A DNA stretch of 64,000 nucleotides, taken from NCBI GenBank assembly GCA_913065025.1, contig CAJYAP010000001.1, positions 49,545 through 113,544 of the forward strand. The letters are read 5' to 3'. A program made the translations under genes and the position numbers. The notes below the pieces were generated by a model. The model saw nothing but the letters and a program-made list of their open reading frames with translations, was not told the origin of the DNA and did no database searches. This stretch comes from an uncultured Gammaproteobacteria bacterium (GTDB lineage: Bacteria; Pseudomonadota; Gammaproteobacteria; Poriferisulfidales; GCA-002705445). How positions within the stretch are numbered: position 1 is the stretch's first letter; every line of letters starts with the position of its first letter. This document shows, piece after piece, positions 59,946 through 64,000 of the stretch.

Positions 59946-60812
59946 ATGAAAGTTAAAATAAAAGCATGTGACCAAAATTTAGAAATAAACTTAGAGGAAT
60001 ACGGTAAAGGTAAAGGAGGAACCCCAATATTATTTGTTCATGGAATTCCAACAAATGCAAGATTATGGAGGCATGTTCAAAAAAACTTAGAGGGAAATTT
60101 TCATTCATATGCTATGGATATGGTTGGATATGGCCAATCTTCAATGCCGCTAGATGATTTCGAGCATACATTTAATAATCAAGCTGAAGCTATTAAAGCT
60201 GTTATAGAAGAATTGGGCATAAAAGGCAACGTCATCTTGGTTGGACATGACCATGGTGGGGGTGTATGCCAGGTATTCGCTTCTAAATATTGTGATCATA
60301 TTAGTAGGTTAGTTCTTTTAAACCCTGTAGCTTATGATTATTGGCCAGTATTAGAAGTAGAAGCTTTTAATGGGTTAGTTGGGGCTAGCGATGAAGTTTT
60401 GGCTGGAGCAATGCCTGGAGCAGTAGCTCAATTTGCAGGCTTAATGAGAACAGGAAGTCACGATAAAATTGCTTTTACAGACAAAAATGTAAAAGAAAAC
60501 TACTTGTGCCACTGGGGAAGAGATGGTTTAACAGGTTTTAAATCGCTAGTTAAAATATGTTCTCAGCCAACTAACGAAGAAACTTTGGCAGTCGATCATA
60601 AGAAAATTACATGTCCAACTGCAGTCTTTTGGGCTCTACATGATGCATGGATGCCAAAAGAATCTGGCGAACGATTAAAGCAAGATATTGCAGGTCCTGT
60701 TAGATTACAGTTTATAGAAAGAGCAGGGCACTGGTCTCAAGAAGACAGGCCTGATGAAGTTGCTGCATTAATTGAAGATTTTATAACTGAGTGGGAAGGG
60801 GTTAAAATATAA
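59946..60812 (+). CDS. Alpha/beta hydrolase, epoxide hydrolase/dehalogenase-like (Asp nucleophile)
   Basis: HGIP oxyanion motif, GYGQS, GHDHGG elbow, AGHWSQED. Confidence 0.88.
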   Translation: MKVKIKACDQNLEINLEEYGKGKGGTPILFVHGIPTNARLWRHVQKNLEGNFHSYAMDMVGYGQSSMPLDDFEHTFNNQAEAIKAVIEELGIKGNVILVGHDHGGGVCQVFASKYCDHISRLVLLNPVAYDYWPVLEVEAFNGLVGASDEVLAGAMPGAVAQFAGLMRTGSHDKIAFTDKNVKENYLCHWGRDGLTGFKSLVKICSQPTNEETLAVDHKKITCPTAVFWALHDAWMPKESGERLKQDIAGPVRLQFIERAGHWSQEDRPDEVAALIEDFITEWEGVKI

Positions 60813-60848
60813 CTCAGCTAGATTATTCCTAACTAAGTCTACTTTTCT

Positions 60849-61823
60849 TTAAAGAAGATCTAGAACAGAATCTCTTTCGTTAAGAAGTTCATTCTCAGTA
60901 GTCTTTATATAATCGTTTAAAACTTCCGAAATAGCTAAGTTACCTATTATTGAATAGCTTCCATTTGAACAAACCGAAGGAAATGAAAACATTAGGTTTT
61001 CAGAAATCCCAAAAGGATTGCCATTTGAAATTTGACCAATACTTAACCAATCATTATTTCCTAAAACCCAGTCTCGCATATGTGTAATTGCTGCATTGGC
61101 TGCTGATGCTGCAGAAGATAAACCTCTTGCTTCAATGATTTCAGCGCCTCTTTTTTGTATTCTTGGAATAAAATTATTTGTATACCAATCTTCATTCATA
61201 ACTTTTTTAATGCTATTCCCAGATACCTCAGCATACGATAAATCTGGTACCTGTGTATTTGAATGATTACCCCAAACAATTATTTTTTTAACTTCATTTA
61301 TGGTTACATTAAATTTATTTGCAACTTGTGCTAAAGATCTATCATGATCAAGACGCATCATCGATGTGAATTGCGATGGTTTAATACTTGGAGCATTATG
61401 CATTGCGATTAATGCATTTGTATTAGCTGGATTACCCACAACCAATACTTTGATATTTTTATTGGCAACTTCATCAATAGCCTTGCCTTGTGGTTTAAAT
61501 ATTTTTCCATTGTCTTTTAATAGGTCTTTTCTTTCCATGCCTTTCATTCTGGGTTTTGCACCTATAAGCAAAGCAAAATCACATTTATCAAAACCTTCTG
61601 TAAGATCAAACGTTGTTGTAATTGAATTGAGAAGAGGAAATGCACAATCCTCAAGCTCGTATTTAACACCATTTAGTGCGCTCATTGCTGGCTCAATATC
61701 TATCAGCTTAATATTTACCGGCTGATCAATACCCAACATTTGCCCTGATGCTACTCTAAATATTGCAGAATAAGCGATATTTCCTGCAGCCCCTGTTATT
61801 GCAACGTTAACTGGTTTTTTCAT
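60849..61823 (-). CDS. mdh: Malate dehydrogenase (dimeric, cytosolic-like type)
   Basis: VAITGAAGNI, ELEDCAFPLL, PR..GMERKDLL..N, VVGNPANTN, RLDHDR, WGNHS, SSAASAA. Confidence 0.96.
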   Translation of the reverse strand: MKKPVNVAITGAAGNIAYSAIFRVASGQMLGIDQPVNIKLIDIEPAMSALNGVKYELEDCAFPLLNSITTTFDLTEGFDKCDFALLIGAKPRMKGMERKDLLKDNGKIFKPQGKAIDEVANKNIKVLVVGNPANTNALIAMHNAPSIKPSQFTSMMRLDHDRSLAQVANKFNVTINEVKKIIVWGNHSNTQVPDLSYAEVSGNSIKKVMNEDWYTNNFIPRIQKRGAEIIEARGLSSAASAANAAITHMRDWVLGNNDWLSIGQISNGNPFGISENLMFSFPSVCSNGSYSIIGNLAISEVLNDYIKTTENELLNERDSVLDLL

Positions 61824-61836
61824 TTTATTATTTTAC

Positions 61837-62958
61837 CTATTGTTTGTGTTCTTTTTTCATGTATTCGCTTGACTGCATTTCATTAAGTCTGCTTTTTGTT
61901 CTTTTGAAATCACTATTTATTTTTTTTATATCGCAAAGATTATCAATTGCTACCTTAGCTGAAATTATAACCTTAACATTTCTATCGTAAAATTCATCAA
62001 TCATATTAAGAAATCTTCTAGCTTCATCAACCAAATCATCGTTCATTTCTGGGACACCTGAAATAAATACGTTTTGATAAATTTTTGAAATCTCTATGTA
62101 GTCATTTTGTGATCTCCCATCACCGCATATCACATCAAATTTAAACCAAACTGTATTGGACGATAAAAACCGAACATCAATATCTCTATTATTAACAGAA
62201 ATTGTTGCGCCTTCAAATACCGGTTTTCTTGTAAACCAGTTAAACCAGTCAGGCGCTATTGAAGAAAAATATTGCTGCATATTTAAATCAGTTTGTTCAT
62301 CATTTGGATAATGATATGTTCTAACATTTCCAAACTTTAATAGCCTATAATCCTTATTACTGTCTAAATGTATAATTTCTGAATTCTCTTCTATTAACTT
62401 TATTGCATATGTAAATTTTTCTCTTTGAAGTCCTTGTGAGTATAAATTTTTTGGCTCCGTATTTGATGTAAAAACTATAGTAACTTTGTTTGCAAATAAT
62501 CCTTTTAGAAGCTCTCCTAAAATCATTGCATCTGCAATATCATTAACAATAAATTCATCGAAGCATAAAACGCTTATTTCTGAGGATATATCTTTTGCAA
62601 TAACATCTATTGGGTTAGTGATATCTTTCTTCAAATTTAACTTTTCATGGATGTCATTCATAAATCTATGAAAATGAATTCTTTTTTTATCTTTTATTGG
62701 AAGCTCCTTGAAAAACATATCCATTAAAAAAGTCTTTCCTCTTCCAACGTCTCCATACAGATATATACCTTTGCTCTTAGAATTCTCACCTTTTCTAAAT
62801 AAATTTAAGCCGATATTTCCAAGTATTGATTCGCCTGGATTTCTAATTCCAAGTATTCGATTATATAATTCTTGAAAAGAATTAATGGTTTTTTGTTGCT
62901 CAGGATCCATAAAGAAATCATTTCTTGAACTCAGAGCTTTATATTCATCTATTAACAT
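61837..62958 (-). CDS. zapE: AFG1/ZapE family ATPase
   Basis: GIYLYGDVGRGKTFLMD, HFHRFM, CFDEF.V.DIADAM, TSN..P..LY..GLQR, RRF...IDEFYD, RT.SRL.EM. Confidence 0.94.
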   Translation of the reverse strand: MLIDEYKALSSRNDFFMDPEQQKTINSFQELYNRILGIRNPGESILGNIGLNLFRKGENSKSKGIYLYGDVGRGKTFLMDMFFKELPIKDKKRIHFHRFMNDIHEKLNLKKDITNPIDVIAKDISSEISVLCFDEFIVNDIADAMILGELLKGLFANKVTIVFTSNTEPKNLYSQGLQREKFTYAIKLIEENSEIIHLDSNKDYRLLKFGNVRTYHYPNDEQTDLNMQQYFSSIAPDWFNWFTRKPVFEGATISVNNRDIDVRFLSSNTVWFKFDVICGDGRSQNDYIEISKIYQNVFISGVPEMNDDLVDEARRFLNMIDEFYDRNVKVIISAKVAIDNLCDIKKINSDFKRTKSRLNEMQSSEYMKKEHKQ

Positions 62959-63029
62959 AATATGATTGCAGTCTATATTTGAAACGAATAAAAATACAGC
63001 TCTTACACTTAATTTTCAAGGAATTATTA

Positions 63030-64000
63030 ATGGTTATAACTAGATTTGCACCAAGCCCTACAGGAAATTTGCACATTGGCGGTGCTAGGACAGCTTTATT
63101 TAACTGGTTGTTTGCAAGAAATCAAGGTGGGAAGTTCCTTTTAAGAATTGAAGATACTGATAAAGTTAGGTCTGAAACCAAATATGTCGAAAGCATACTA
63201 GAGTCTCTTGACTGGTTAGGAATTGATTATGATGACAGTCTGGTATATCAAAGTGATAGGTCTGACAAATATACTTCGGCTATAGATAAGTTACTGGCTT
63301 CCGGAGATGCGTACTATTGTAATTGCTCCAAAGAGGAGCTTGATAAACTTAGATCAGAACAGCAAAAATCAGGGCTAAAACCAAAATATGATGGAAGAAA
63401 TAGAGAGTTATCTTTAGAAAATGGCTCTGATACAGTTGTAAGGTTCAAAACCCCATTAGAAGGGGAGATTACTCTTGAAGATACATTAAAAGGCAATGTT
63501 TCAGTTAATAATAAAGAACTTGACGATTTAATCATACAAAGAGCTGATGGAACCCCAACTTATAACCTAACAGTAGTTGTTGACGACATTGATATGGGCA
63601 TAACAAACGTTATTAGAGGCGACGATCATCTTAATAACACTTATAGGCAGGCCCATATGATGAATGCGCTAGGGTATAAAATTCCAACTTACACACATAT
63701 ACCTTTAATTATGGGTGACGACAGGAAAAGGTTGTCAAAAAGACACGGTGCAACAAGCACATATGACTTTAGAAAAGAAGGATTTCTTCCAATATCAATA
63801 ATTAACTATTTAGCAAGATTAGGTTGGTCTGAGGGTAACAAAGAAAAATTTACCTTAGAAGAACTTATAGCTTTATTTAATCTAAAAAGTTTAAATAAAT
63901 CATCTTCAATATTTGATTATAAGAAGCTTAATTCACTTAATAAATATTTTATAAAAGAACTTCAAATAGATGATATATATAAAGAATTTATTCATTTAAC
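63030..64000 (+). CDS. gltX: Glutamate--tRNA ligase, 5' part (runs off the window)
   Basis: ATG 63030: MVITRFAPSPTGNLHIGGARTALFN...LRIEDTD; later IRGDDH and RLSKRHG. Absent from the ORF track because there is no stop in the window. Confidence 0.96.
   Translation, partial: MVITRFAPSPTGNLHIGGARTALFNWLFARNQGGKFLLRIEDTDKVRSETKYVESILESLDWLGIDYDDSLVYQSDRSDKYTSAIDKLLASGDAYYCNCSKEELDKLRSEQQKSGLKPKYDGRNRELSLENGSDTVVRFKTPLEGEITLEDTLKGNVSVNNKELDDLIIQRADGTPTYNLTVVVDDIDMGITNVIRGDDHLNNTYRQAHMMNALGYKIPTYTHIPLIMGDDRKRLSKRHGATSTYDFRKEGFLPISIINYLARLGWSEGNKEKFTLEELIALFNLKSLNKSSSIFDYKKLNSLNKYFIKELQIDDIYKEFIHL

Noticed and set aside
999..63535. Many short antisense or alternate-frame ORFs in the track (e.g. 1626-1994, 3101-3433, 15457-15978, 37874-38311, 44744-45097, 61366-61725, 63314-63535)
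   Set aside because: All lie within well-supported genes and have no recognisable motifs; typical shadow ORFs.
1..64000. CRISPR arrays, IS elements, prophage, rRNA, riboswitches (FMN before the rib genes, Moco before moaA)
   Set aside because: No spaced direct repeats, transposase/integrase/phage ORFs or rRNA-like sequence seen by eye; the relevant intergenic gaps are too short for riboswitches.

Overview
A very AT-rich (roughly 25-30% GC by eye), extremely compact stretch of a bacterial chromosome, most consistent with a streamlined, probably marine gammaproteobacterium (inferred from NhaA and gene orders resembling Xanthomonadales/Chromatiales-type genomes). It is almost all housekeeping. 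It carries glyA-nrdR-rib-nusB-thiL-pgpA, tRNA-Ala(GGC), two groups of molybdenum-cofactor genes (moaA/B/E-moeA; mobA/B, moeB) and surE-pcm-yqaA-nlpD. It also carries alaC-hom/thrC, purB, TCA genes (fumC, acnA, sdhCDABE, gltA, mdh), infA-nudJ-mnmA-hflD, fabDG-acpP-fabF-pabC-mltG-tmk, leuS-lptE, holA-proA, prfB with its +1 frameshift, lysS, zapE and a truncated gltX. The standout is a five-gene block after tmk (32268-36889): HisA-like, ATP-grasp, hydantoinase-like, pabB and amino-acid-kinase-like. It matches the orf17/orf1/orf9/pabB/orf21 module of methanofuran(methylofuran)/H4MPT C1-carrier biosynthesis, which is unexpected in so streamlined a genome. Also notable are a MetX-family enzyme with the GLSP signature of serine O-acyltransferases, an unlisted 48-aa two-helix membrane micro-protein, a Pam18/TimB-like J-protein and an Asp-nucleophile hydrolase. 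No CRISPR array, transposase, integrase or rRNA was seen. All family calls come from motif recognition, not database searches.
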